64,000 bases of DNA from Botryllus schlosseri (lineage: Eukaryota): positions 9,548,001-9,612,000 of the forward strand of contig CM119375.1 in NCBI GenBank assembly GCA_051294905.1, in the 5' to 3' direction. The position numbers and the translations under genes were made by a program. Of this stretch, positions 12,436 through 25,141 are shown one piece after another (the stretch's first letter is position 1; the number at the start of each line of letters is the position of its first letter). The notes beneath the pieces are model-generated. The model was not told where the DNA came from and did no database searches. It was given only the letters and a program-made list of their open reading frames with translations.

Positions 12436-14959
12436 CTAATAACTTTGTGTTGGATTTAAGTCGGAATTCTATTACATTCTAGCACACGTAAAGTCTCGGG
12501 GTAGCGGGCCTGCAAGGCCAGTGCGTGAGTGTGATTGGAACAACATCGAAATTCCGAAACATTTCAGTACTGTAGAGACATTGATGCGCCAGTCGAGGTC
12601 GTACCGGTATTCGTGAGGGCCGGTGACATCATAGTGACGACAGATCCCAGGGTACAGACACTGAGCGCGGCCTCGAATTCTTCCGTCCGCTCTTTTCAAT
12701 CGATGGACCATATCAGATACATTTTGGTAAGATGAATGGTTGTTTTGGTTTTACCTTAATGTTCGACCATCGACCCGATGACGACCTCACATTATTCACC
12801 TGTAGTGAGACGTTGTAGTGCCGATTATTTAGGCCTGCCGCTACTCATGCTTAAAGAAAAAGCATCAATAACTTGCATCGATCATTGGTAATTTTCGCTT
12901 GCGCTTCGCCTCATACCAGAGGTGATCAGTAATGAAATATTTTTCCTTTCTACTCTTCTACTTTCCAACATATCAAGTAGGTTTTGCATACTCAAGTGCT
13001 TTCAATCTATTTCCACGTATACCTATAACTACTCACATTATGCGCATTTCAATTGTGTAAACCAGAAAATACAGTTTAGTGATATACTTGTATCACTTTT
13101 ATCAGTGAAATTGTCATGAGAATTGGGCGAAAAGCCCCTGTATCATTCATGGTAACTTAATATGTTTTTTTAAATTGAACCTATTTGTACTGTCATTGGT
13201 CATTTTAGTTTGTCGCGAGGATACATCTTTCAATTTCGAATTTGTTCATCTCCGATTGATTGGTAAATATATGCGACCCTCTGACCAAACCTACAAATTA
13301 AAACTAGTTACTTGAGTACTGTTCAAATCTTACTTTTCTAATTCTACTTGAGGTCGAGTTGATATGTCTTTGAATGGAAATTGATGGCAGTACACTTTCT
13401 GTATTATCAACGCTGACTTCCTAAAACCACGTCCGCCTAAAACCAGCGATAGCTCGCATGTAATACAAAGTGAAGATGAAATAGAGAGGATTTACATCTG
13501 TCATTGTGCATTGGAATATAGGCTTGGCCGCTGACAGGTATCGATTGCGTGGCTGACGGAAGTCTGTACGATGGATCCGAATACGTGCTCTACTTCGGGA
13601 AAATACCTGGGGTGATTTGCGAGTTCTTAGCCCGGCATACGGCGAAGAACATCACACACAACGTTCAGATTGCGGGCCCATGGCTGTGTAAGCATGACCA
13701 ATTGCCCCTTTAGAGATAAACAATTAAATAAGGAACCATAGCCGAGTCTGTGTTTGTAAGACAACGAAAGTTCACCGAATTTACTGGTATACCGGTGCGT
13801 GGTTAAACGAATCTGATTAATATACGTCAATGAGATGAAGGATGCAGGTTGTTTTAACAAATATGCGGCAAATTTGAACTTCTATTGAAAATATATGTCC
13901 CCGGAAAACTTCATTACCACTTTTAAACACACTTTTTTCTGCTAACGATGTGGTATGTCTATGATCAATGATCATACCGTCATACGCAAATTTTATATTC
14001 ATTTCGTGACAATTAAAATCCGACATTTTGGGTTATTTCCCGGGTCATTTCAAATAAATCGTAACGTTACGCAACTGCAATCTAAAATGTTTCGGTATAT
14101 CTCGAAACAATCACTGTTTGGGCCGAATAAAGATTATTTTTACAGCCCAGTCTTCATGTTGATGTTTTATTGTCATTGCGAAGTTTCCATGGCATTTCAC
14201 CAATACTGTTTATCAAGCAACGTTGCAGCGCTGCAGTTTAAATACCAATGTTCTGCCGCGTGCGGGCGCTGCAAGTAACCAACCTATATGTCATTTCACA
14301 GCTGTACCACCCGGAGTTAGTTACAACCTCACCGACAAAAAGCTTGCTAACGCTGGTAGCGTTGAGAATTTACTATCGCGCGTCGACGACCCGTCCGTAT
14401 CAGAATGGTACTTCGATTCTGACATGAAGATGCTCCGCTCAAGATGGGACCCGACGTGTTCGACGTGATGCCACTGGATTATGTTTAACAGACCGCCGAT
14501 CTACAATGGCCCGTTGACAAACTGCTTTAGTTTCGAACGGCCTAGCAGAAATAAACTTCCTTCGTGATGAGGAGAACACGATTATAAATTGGTATTTCTT
14601 TACGTGCCGCATCATTTTACCCTGCTGTTCGCATCAGTACGGTGGAGCTCAGATTACAAAGGACACTACCATATTAAGATCGAAAACTGAACTGCGCGTA
14701 GCGCTAAGAAGATTTCAAGTATAATTCAAACCTCTCATTAATTAGGGAGTCATTCGTAAATTCAATTTGCATATTGACGGAAGCCAACATATCCTAATCG
14801 AATTAAGTGTTGACGACTGCATAATTTTCCTTCTATTGCCACTGATTGGCCACCCCCGGACTAATGGATCGATATTGGGGTTTGCTAGACACAATTTACT
14901 GGACAACTGTCTCTTCGTAAAGCTTGATCTTTTGGGGAGCTCGAAGTTTGTTTGTTGTC

Positions 14960-15200
14960 GTTTATGTGGTATTCATGGTGTTTGTCTACTACAATGGTCA
15001 TTTACACCAGGCCGATATTCCTTGTTTTTGATACCGTAACTGCCGACCTGTTACGCGGCTGATATGGCGAGGAGGAGCCTAGCTAGATAAACCTTCAACA
15101 CTTAGGTAGGAATTCTGGAGTCGACCTCGGTCGGACTTGAACCAACAATTCATTGGTGCTGTAGTAGTGGATTATACCACTACGCTATCTCGCCACCCTG
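14960..15200 (-). mobile_element. tRNA-derived SINE, family 2
   Basis: Minus strand GAGATAGCGTAGTGG (A box) and GGTTCAAGTCC (B box). Homologous bodies (agataaacct...attctgga.tcgacc) at ~40380-40700 and ~50315-50545, with (AAC)n-type tails. Confidence 0.7.
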
Positions 15201-16409
15201 GAGACCCGAAGTCGTAGTTTAAGCATAATATCAGTCTTGGCGGTTGTGGGCCATTGTACGTTAAGGCAATTTGCTTATTCATATCAGCAAATTCTTCCTC
15301 CATGGAATGATATTACCATCGCCGAAGCCGCATCAGCTAGTGAGGAATAGTGATATTGGACACAGGATAATCGCTTACTTTTAACAAAAATAACAACAGT
15401 GTGTTTAAACTCAAATAAATTTCAGCATTATAAAATGCTTTACTAAGCGTTCTTCATAAACTTCAAATCACGTCGCGGGCCGCGTGTTCGTGACTCCTGC
15501 AATAGAATAATGTAGATAGGTAATGATGACTCTATCTACTCAATAGCGGAACACCCACTGGGTGCAGCGCAGGGATTCGTGATGGGGGTCGCACATTCCG
15601 CTTTGTAATCATATTTATAAAACCCATACGTAGGGTGTTTTTTTTACATGCCACAAAAAGTCAAAATTAGGTCAAAATTGTAGCGTTGGGTCAAGAAATG
15701 GCAAAATTGTTTAGAAAGTTAAAACTTTTTAGAAACCTGCATTTCGTTTGTATCGTATATTTTGCACTGTCGGTGCCGACGGGCTGCAGGAAATTGACGA
15801 ACCATTGCGCGGGCCACTTGAATGTTAATGACCATTTTTAGTAGTCCGATAGGAGCAAGCTGGGTTAGGTAACAGTGAAAACAATACTAATCTTATTACG
15901 CATCAAATTCGATGTCATTTATGTATTGAAAACTTAGTGTACATTCATGTCCTTGCCGGGCGGAGCGCGAACATTTTTCAAAGTGAATAAATGATTTTGG
16001 CCAATAATATTGTTACTTGCATATATTTCGGGTCGCTTCTGTAAACCGTTGGGCTCAGGTTTCAAATACAGGACTATTAAGCTCCTGGGCATATCAATGT
16101 AGACAGTTTAGGACAACTTGCATCTATCATTTTGTGTCAATATTTCATATAGCCAAACGTTCTTTCTGCGAGCGCACCAGTGAAGTCGCATGTTAGACGA
16201 CACATTCTCTCATAGTTGCGAATATAGTTAGACTTAATTTTGTAAATTTAGCGTAGTTTTAATTCATATTTTTCAGGATGTGAAGCAATGTAAAAATCAA
16301 GATATCGAGCGTCATTAAATCGCGTCAGGCGTGAATAAAATTTTCAACTCAAATAAATCTGTCGCGGAAATATCTACGTTATGGGGGAAGGTACACCTAC
16401 CCTACGTAA

Positions 16410-16718
16410 ATCCTTGACTGGTGGATAATCCGAGGATTATCAACGAAAAACTCCAATAACTCCGCTTCTACTAGTTGGAATTGAGTCAAATTTGTTTTGC
16501 ATGGTCTCTGAAGACAGCTCAACAATTTCATGGGGTTGACAGAAAAAAAATTTTTTTTTTAATTTTCCTGTTTAAATTAAAAAATTCAATTGGATCTGCG
16601 GAGCCCTATACTTGTTAGAATTGATCCAAATTTGGTGTGAAGCGTTTTTTAGGATAACCTGACGATTTTAGAGGTGACCGGCTTGAATCGGGAAAAAAGC
16701 TATTTTTGAACAGCCCTA
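16410..16718 (-). mobile_element. TAGGGCTGTTCAAAAA-family element
   Basis: Reverse complement of 920-1250, ending TTTTTGAACAGCCCTA. Confidence 0.75.
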
Positions 16719-17411
16719 GTGCGGAGCTTAGAGGGAACATTGGACGTAAGGTAACTCTATCTCAACGTCGTAGCAGCAGGTTGTTGGTTGACTGGGCAAA
16801 AGTCAATGGAAATGCCGTGGGTTATTGCATCATAATGGAAATTACAGTCGTTTTTCCATGAGCGCACTCTGTTTTTACTCTAAGAATAATAGGCCTCCAT
16901 AAATATACTATATAGCCAGGATGCATCACTACATGTTACAATACCTAACAAATACATCGTTCGCGAAGAATCGAATCCGAAGAAAGCAGAACAGAGGGCC
17001 GAAAGGGTTCGCCGTGCGTTCATAAAATGCATTGCTATTAGTGACTTGGAAACAATAACAACAGAAAGAAAATTGCGCCACGGATCGATAGCCTGTTAAA
17101 GCATATAGGTGCTCACGGGCGAGATAAAAACATATTGCGAATGTAACACGAGAAATGGTCAAGTGATTGTGAGCCTCACAGCTCAATAGTGCCCTCGCTG
17201 GGGAGATTTTCCCCTCGTGTCTTGACAGTCTCTTGTTGAAGTTTAGTCGCTTGATTGCTTGTAATCTGATTGAATCAGGGATTGAAGCTGGACTTGATTT
17301 AGGGATACAATGTACTAATCGGCATTATTTGCATGTTCAAGTATTGTATAAGTTTAGGCCATCATTCAGGTGATTGTATTATTGTTTAGATTGTAAGTTT
17401 AGAGCGTAGAG

Positions 17412-18587
17412 CAGAGGTCTCAAACTCAAATGTGCTCGCGGGCCAGTTTTCCAGTTTTGACGACGCCGCGGGCCGCAGCATTTATCGGGATATTCTATGT
17501 ATTTCCAAGTAGGCCTTATTTGGCGGGAATGAATTTTTTTATTGAAAGTGATCCAAAAGACTGACAGTATCGTCAAATGTGATTTATAAATTCAGGCGTG
17601 GCACGAAAATAATCATCACATTTATAACTATTTGAATACAATTGTTGTTGTACTTGATGTATATTAATTATAAGATATAGCCACAATATGGGCGGACAAA
17701 TGTATGATGCCATCATAAAAGCTATCGGGTTATAATTTTGCAGCTACTATGAATATTTTGAATTTAACAGATTGATAATAGAGACTGATTTGATATCAAA
17801 ACATTTTTAGGTTGGGCATTGTAATTCCAATCCAGGATTCCGGTATGCTTCTGATAAGTAGGCTAATAATGTCATGGCCAAATATCTTCAAATATAGGAG
17901 CAGAAACAAATATAAATATAATATAAATATATTAATGAATGTGTCCTAGTGATTGAAATGTCGGGACGCCGAACGGGCCATTGTTGTTACATCGTTGGAG
18001 CGTACAACTATGGTACTCGGTACTTGTAAGTGCCCTTAATAACATGGTTTAGCGACCAAAGATGTAACTGACAGATTGCCAATGGTTACCAAAACTACTT
18101 GCTTAGTTCGCGAAATACCAAGCTGCGACCTTCTGATCTATTACTTTCCCCTGACACGCGATTAGTTTGTTGCGTCCATTGTTCTAACAAATTCACGGCA
18201 TTCCGAGTCACTCCGAGTCCACTCGAGTCATTTTCATTTTGCCATCGAGTTAGCCCGAGTCTGAGTAATTCTAAGAAAGGTCGCGTCCAAGTCCAACTCA
18301 CAAATTTCAGTCACGAATCGTTCAAGGGTCAGGTTTTGTCATCATGAACTGGAGATGTGGTGAAATAGTGAATCTTCCACTGCATGGTAGCGTTTGCAAT
18401 TGATGTGATAGTGAAGTTTGATGAATAGTTTCTGTCTTTCGGTGCAATTTAAGAGGTAATTTTGACTTTATAACCTGAAAAGATATATGTGACACTTGGG
18501 CCTATACATTGTCAACGTATTAAAAATCTAAAATGGCGTCGCGGGCCGCACAAAATGCTCTGGCGGGCCGCGTGTTTGAGACCTCTG
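17412..18587. mobile_element. Buster-type hAT MITE
   Basis: TIRs CAGAGGTCTCAAAC / GTTTGAGACCTCTG, TSD GCGTAGAG on both sides, and GCGGGCC subterminal motifs. Confidence 0.92.
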
Positions 18588-18876
18588 GCGTAGAGTGAAC
18601 TGTCGTTAACCGCTATTGTGACTATTGCCTCGCTGTTGACGTGATCTTTCTATATAGTAAATTTGTTATCCTATTCTGCAATTGTTTGAGTTACATTTGA
18701 CCGGGTCTGAAGCGGTAGGCTCGGATTGCTCAAATTTCGTCTCGAATGCTACCTCATGGGTAACAAGTGTATCGTCAATTCGTCATGCGCCACAATGGAT
18801 AGGCCTATACGTTAGTTACGCATTCCATAAAACAATTGCCCCAGTGATCTGCCAACCAGCTACTGCACTTATTCGT

Positions 18877-18910
<34 letters not shown>

Positions 18911-19062
18911 CTTTATTCGTATACATTACATATCAACATAACACTACAAAAATGTAACAGTGAAATGCGACATGCAAGGTAGACGGGAGGCTCGATATGA
19001 CATAGTCTTCAGAGCCGAGCCACCCGGGACAGGAGCAATTTTCACAGTCGATAACTAATAAG
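18877..19062 (-). mobile_element. Short retroposed 3' fragment with (TC)n tail, left arm only
   Basis: (GA)n at 18881-18908 followed by TTTATT, TSD ATAAG. The empty site is in the mirror arm at ~50125-50140. Confidence 0.65.
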
Positions 19063-19584
19063 GCCTGCGGACTGGAGAAGGTCCCTATAAACGCAAACCA
19101 AGATTGAAAAGGGCCCGAGTATGCTTTTCACTTCTGGTGAATACGTGTTACAACGTTTTATTTGTCGTGAAAAGTTTCACCAAAACTAAATATAAGATTG
19201 TTCTGACTGCAGTGAAGACGGCAATAATTACTCATTAATGGGTACCGCAAAAATTGGAGCTACGCAAAAGCACAACAGGGTCTAAATCGCTCTGAGGTGG
19301 TACGTATGATCCAATTCATAACAACATTCGCGAATCACTTCAACCTTTGGAAATGTCAAAAATGAAACGTTCAAAATAGAACTATTCTAAGATAGAAACC
19401 ACACTGTTGCGTTACCGTGCCAGCAAGTTACTTTTAATGTAACATATAGGTTTGCGGAGTGTTCAAGGCATATTCAAGCACGAACAGCACCACCAACTTC
19501 CTTCGAATTTCTTTTGTTTGTGATCACAAACGAGTACTCCTGAATATTTCCAGCTTATTTCGCTATACTAACCACCTCTACATT

Positions 19585-22500
19585 TTAGTAAAATTTTTCA
19601 CACAGGTAATGAAAGGTTTTACTGCAAATATTGTCGTTGAGCCTTTCATTTTGATTGTGATAGTTCACGAGTTCGACACATCTTTCAGGTGCTGTATCCG
19701 GTTGATTCGGTAACCAATCAGTGTTTTCTCTGTTGGACACCACCCCATCAAGCCAGACATAATGGTTCATGCGCTCCAGGTCATCCAGTCCGATCCAGAT
19801 GCTAGTCGATCCCGATGAATTCCGTACCACGGCCTTGACTTGTCTGCATTATAATTTCATCGATTTACCAGCCGGTGTATTACCGATTGAGCGTTCCTTC
19901 CTGGGTTACCATCAAACGCCATGTTGCCGGTAACAAATCTGCTAACAATGATTACACTGGGCAACAATTTTGAACGAAAAATTTGTTGACTTTGATTTTG
20001 CACTTGATTTAGGCAAATTTTGGCGTGCTGATTCCAAAAACGCCATTGGTTTTCTTCTATCACGTCAAGTTTTTGCTCTACGACATATGCCCAAAATATG
20101 CAAATTTTCACGGATTTAGCCATATAACTTTTCCATACCATATAAAAATCCACACTTTTTACCATATTAACTTATAGAGCCAAGGGCTCAATTAAATTAT
20201 GAAGAAAAAAAGGTACTGGTATCGATCTATAGGCCGATGGTTTCACCCATACTTGGTTAGAGGATGCAACCATCCGAGGATATTTCAGACACATATTTCA
20301 TGCAAACTGCAGGATATGGCAAAAAAATATACATTACATTTCATATCAGCTATAGGTCTAATGCCCCATTCAGCATAACATGTGTAACTTGATACTGATA
20401 TATTCTCGATAATTTGGATCAAGATGACGATCTTAGAGATAGCAGGCCTAATGATGAAGATTTGTCTCGAGTCAAAGTGTCCAATGACTCGAGATGAGTT
20501 GTGACTCGAAGGTAGTGACTTGATTCCAACACTTCCTGGTGTACAGTGTATAGTTGGGACGATGTAATTACGACGTACCGGTACCATGCTGTTAGTAAAA
20601 TTAGGACTAACGTGGATAGGAAAGCACCGCATCGGTACAAGTTTCATGACCGGGTGTGTCAGGGGGAAGCATGACACCTATTTACTTTTGTCCCGTTTTG
20701 ATTCTATCTACTCAATGGTGAATAAACGGCTTCATGTAACGGTAGAATGCTTCTTATGTAATTTAAAATCAATCACGTTATATCCTAAAGGCCAAGTCCA
20801 ATATTGTAATCGGTAATACGATCTCATGTCAGCAATGCCATCATAGCCTACCGCCTTTCGGTATTGGCTACGACGCTACGTCAACATTCGAAACGGAGAG
20901 GGGACCTTATAGGATTCAGATATCTTCCCGTGTGCTCTACCACATATTGTAATATTGAATACATAAATTGGATTTCAGGTTGTCTACTTATAGCAGGGGT
21001 GGGCAAACTTTTGAGCTCGCGGGCCGCATTCAACATCTCAATCCATTCGCGGGCCGCACTATTTAAAATTGGAATTATAAACCAAAACACAATAGTGGTA
21101 TTTGACTAGCCCATATAGTGAGGACATGGGGAAGCTTATTTAAAACAAACCAGGCATTGCTTTGATGATATCGTACATGCCTCAGAAACAGTGGCGAGAT
21201 TTCATAGGCTGCTCGACCTCCATAACCAATTTGTCAAAAACTATAGAGATGAAAGTCGGTGGTCCTGATTCTTAGAACAGGATTCAAATTTAAATCTGTC
21301 AGCAGCGATCTGTTCATAGATTTGCAAATTTCACTTTTGGTTTAGTTCAAGGACACACAATACTGACAGCATCATAACCATGTTAGCTTCAAACACGCTT
21401 CTTCTGTTTGTAGATAAATATATATACCCTAATTCTACGCATACAGAGAACGAATCTACCTAGACACGTGCGAATCGTTTTTATAAGCACATCACTGAAA
21501 TATTCAAAACTGGAGTGGCCAATCTGAAATCACACCCGTGATCCGAATTATGTCAATCTTTAAAATCGGGCTGTCGCGCCAGACATTAAACATAAAAAAT
21601 GATATAGGAAGCATTAACCTTAGAACAGTGGTTCTCAAACTTTGCAAGTCACGCCCCTTTATGATGGTGCAAGATTTCGTGTACCCCTTATCGTCATATC
21701 ACAAAACGTAACCAGGATCCTAGCAAACCTAACAGGTAGTTTGATGGCATGGAAGGCTACGAATGTGGAGTAGAGATTTTTAAATATAAAATTCAGACCA
21801 AATACACAGCAATATTTTGCGTATTGAATGTAAATCGCGCGGAGCGCGAAAAGAATATTCAGTTGATCTCAGCTTCGCGCCCCTCTTCAGATGCTTTCAC
21901 ACCCTCAAGGGGGCGCGCCCCCCAGTTTGCAACCCACTTCCTTAAAATTAGCATGATGAAATATACTAAAAAGTTCAATCAAGTCCCAGCATTAATTCGA
22001 TTTTTAGTACGCATTTTATCAATATTTTTATTAAGGTTCTTTAGACGCTCGCGGGCCGCACAGAACGGTGTTGTGGGCCGCATGCGGCCCGCGGGCCGTA
22101 GTTTGCCCACCCCTGACTTATAGGATGTATATTTTATAGGTAAACTACGGGGTATATGAAAACGGTCTCGAGCCATCCCGAACTACCTTTTTGTCATTTC
22201 CTTTCGAAATGTTAAGTTCGAGTTCAAAGTGAATTCCTAACGACAGGCTCACCTCCTTCGATATACCCTGTATAAAAGTTATTGGCGACGCAGGTATCGC
22301 AATAACCAACATCCGTACCAGTTTAAACTATGGACATCGATACGAATTTGAGTCAGTCCGAAACAATATGCTGCAGCATCGTGATATGCGCTGCGGAGAA
22401 AGTCACAAAACCGGTGTCTTCGCCAAACGGTTAGATCTCAGGATTGTTCAGTGTTTGTCGCTTTCCAGTGTGGAGTCGAGACGTTCGATTCCGTGATAAG

Positions 22501-25141
22501 ATAGTTTGATGTAACTTTAATGGTGATATGTGCAATTTGCATATCTCTCTATCTCGACGGTCGGCTGACTTCCCTTTGTGTATAAGTAAACAATGTTTAT
22601 GGTACGGTCACATATCGTTTATGGTCTATTCACATTGAAACCATCATACATCAGGCTTTCGGGGGTCAGATAAAATGGCCTAGCGGCTAACATTTGTCCC
22701 ACGGTGACTAGTGTCACAGCCCTGACTTCTAATACACTGGTCTACAAATTTCAATTTTTTTTCAGGTTTGGGTTTTGACAACTGATTTTGGCAAATTTTG
22801 GGGCCTTGAATCCTAAAATGGCCTCAGATTTTCTGCATCACATCACGTTTTTGAGATATGAAATATCCCTAATTTTTGAACAAAATCAATTTTTGACCCC
22901 CCCTCTACTTTCAAAACAAGGAATTCCGATGCAATAAATACTGTTTTATCTGTAATAATCCAGATTTAATTAGCAAACTAGCATTCTATATTAGATTCAC
23001 ACAAATTTGCGTTGTACGACATATTCCCTTCATAACATCAGTTGACAACTATATAAAGTTCGATCTCGGCGTGACTGCTGGACCGTGATGTTTTTGTGGA
23101 AATGTCAATACATTACAGCTCCATTACGGTGGCGTTCTGAAGAAAACGGCTGCGGCCAATTTTTTTTTCGTTTCGCCCTTCAGTTTGAGACCACATCATT
23201 TGAGTGCAGGACTCCTTTAACTGTTTCTGAACTCGCCCTGCCCAAGTCCCTGTCTTCAGAATTTCTGCACTTCATCGGAATGTGTATATGCATATTGTGT
23301 GAACTGTAAGCTATAATTCCGATAATACCTTGGTACTGTCCTATCGACATGTTCGTCAGCATATTGTAGCGTTTGATTTCATTATGGTTGCTTTTTTGCG
23401 TGACTATTTTTTATGCCAGGGCATGAAATTTTAATAAAGACAACGCTAATTTGTGTGAATCTAATATAGAATGCTTCTTTGCTAATGAAAGATAGATTAT
23501 TGCAGGTAAATCAGTATTTATTGTATCACAATTCCTTGTTTTGACAACAGTGGGGGGTAAACCATTCATATTTTTTTAAATTAGCGATATTTCATATCTC
23601 AAAAACGTGATGTGATAGAGAAAATCTGAGGTCATTTTCGGATTCAAGGCCCCAAAATTAGCCAAAACCTGTTGTCAAAAAAACCCAAACCTGAAATTTT
23701 GTGTATACCAGTGTTATCGATGAAGGGGTAGCGAGGGTAGGCTTGTGTCATCTGGATACTTACTCCCTCACATGTGGAATACGCATGCCAACACACGCGA
23801 GAGTCGCCTGGACGGCTTCGCATGCCGCCCTCGCCTGTTGATATGTCTTTGCCTCTTTGAATAACTGGTAGCCGTAAATGTTTGATCCGTAAGATATCCA
23901 TTTCCAATCTCGATGCGTCAATAAGTCGAACATCATTAACTCTGAAGAATAGTTGTGCACTATTGCAACACGAAAGAAATGTAATGAGAGCGCATGCGAA
24001 GTAGTTATTAACCGATATTCCTATTTATAAGATGAACCCTCAAAATCACCATACATTACGAAGCTTACTGCGTTGAAAACTTAATCATACATCGCTGTTC
24101 GTTGCTGATGGACAAAGATGCCTAGGTCAGAAATAACGTATTTGTACTATTTAAGGGTAACCAAGAGGGTATTATAACTCGGATTATTATTTTTAAAGAA
24201 ACCGAATAGCTTAGGTAATTGGTTTTCATACTGTTATTGTTGATGGCAGCCTGGTCAATTCTAAGTTGTACAAATTTAAAGATGTAGAATTGCATTGGTA
24301 CTACAACATCCTGATCGCATAAAATGCGCAATAGTCTACTAAAGTCAGATGATGTTAACAATACGCCGAGGAGATACTGACTTCGCACAAGCGTGACGCG
24401 GATGCTACGAACGGAACAAGAAGACCAATATTTTCACAGGTTTCAGGAAGCACTGCGCCCTAAATATCATGTGATATCAAATTAGAGAGAAAATCGGGAA
24501 ATTATATTTGACCGCAGTCAGTTTCGCCAGATAGTCGCCATAACGGAACTGAAAGTAAAAGATAATTCAAACTATCCCCACGCTAGCTGCACAAATATAT
24601 TTCAATGGTGGCAGCCTGTTTGGGATCCGTTGGCTTAGGTAGATTAACAATGTACATTGTTGTAGACATCAAAATCGTTTTAACCAATTGTAATTCGACT
24701 ATACCGTCATCTCTTACCCGCGTACATTTCAAACGCTTTGTTATGTTCAAGTCGTTCTGGACCGCATTTATTACTGCTTCCTGTATTCCTGTTTCTAAGT
24801 AGAAGGTTCACACATTTCTGATTCGAATTGACTATATAGCCTGATTGACTAGTTTGACTATTTCGGGATACATTACTTTGTGACGTCGCTAGTTCGGAGC
24901 AGTCGCACATTCCAGACTCCCCCTTTTCTCCTTTGCTCCCATTGATACCGATTCGGCCATCTCGTCCAGGTTCCCCTGCATTTCCTTGGCTTCCTTTGAT
25001 TCCGGCCTTGCCTGGTCGTCCAGGAGGCCCGATGATCTGCTCAGTATCATCCTGATCGCAGCAGCAATGTCCGTGAACGAGACGAAGGAACGATAGGTAT
25101 GTTAAAAGGACAAGGACCAGGTGACGTAGCATCTCAGACAT
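19585..25141 (-). CDS. Collectin-like lectin A (signal peptide, CCC, 13 Gly-X-Y, C-type lectin domain with QPD)
   Basis: Inferred exons 25141-24877, 24404-24378 (27-nt micro-exon, least certain), 23941-23764 and 19843-19585. GT-AG splice phases are compatible and give an open frame ending LCEKFY*. Canonical CTLD cysteines, IWIGLDD, WLPNQPD, LND. Confidence 0.88.
20994..22115. mobile_element. Buster-type hAT MITE with a nested MITE at 21626-21939
   Basis: TIRs CAGGGGTGGGCAAAC / GTTTGCCCACCCCTG, TSD ACTTATAG. The nested element CAGTGGTTCTCAAAC has TSD CCTTAGAA/CCTTAAAA. Confidence 0.9.
22735..23713. mobile_element. CACTGG-ended element with long imperfect terminal inverted repeats (mirror 46775-47753)
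   Basis: CACTGGTCTACAAATTT...AAATTTTGTGTATACCAGTG ends, with >150 bp of inverted subterminal homology. TSD unclear. Confidence 0.65.

Larger units (their letters stand above)
389..14468 (+). pseudogene. GH31 glycosidase (YihQ-like group), copy 1, pseudogene
   Basis: Exons inferred by eye: 389-507 (signal-peptide exon, 119 nt vs 120 nt in copy 2, so frameshifted); 2166-2260 (VSQVDYSNPAAAKWY); 2629-2770 (GWMYDYGEY, nucleophile); 10154-10308 (GSQKY..HWTGDPSADW, acid/base; donor reads ctaggc); 10442-10573 (SGSDIGGF); 10630-10838; 11128-11303 (FMFGDSILVAPV; acceptor lacks AG); 12568-12726 (phase mismatch, probable 2-nt insertion); 13522-13687; 14302-14468. It lacks the segment equivalent to 56805-61228 and has an LTR element in an intron. 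Confidence 0.9.

Noticed and set aside
15300-15350. PWND motif as another C-type lectin exon
   Set aside because: There are no flanking CTLD cysteines or similarity to the neighbouring lectins.
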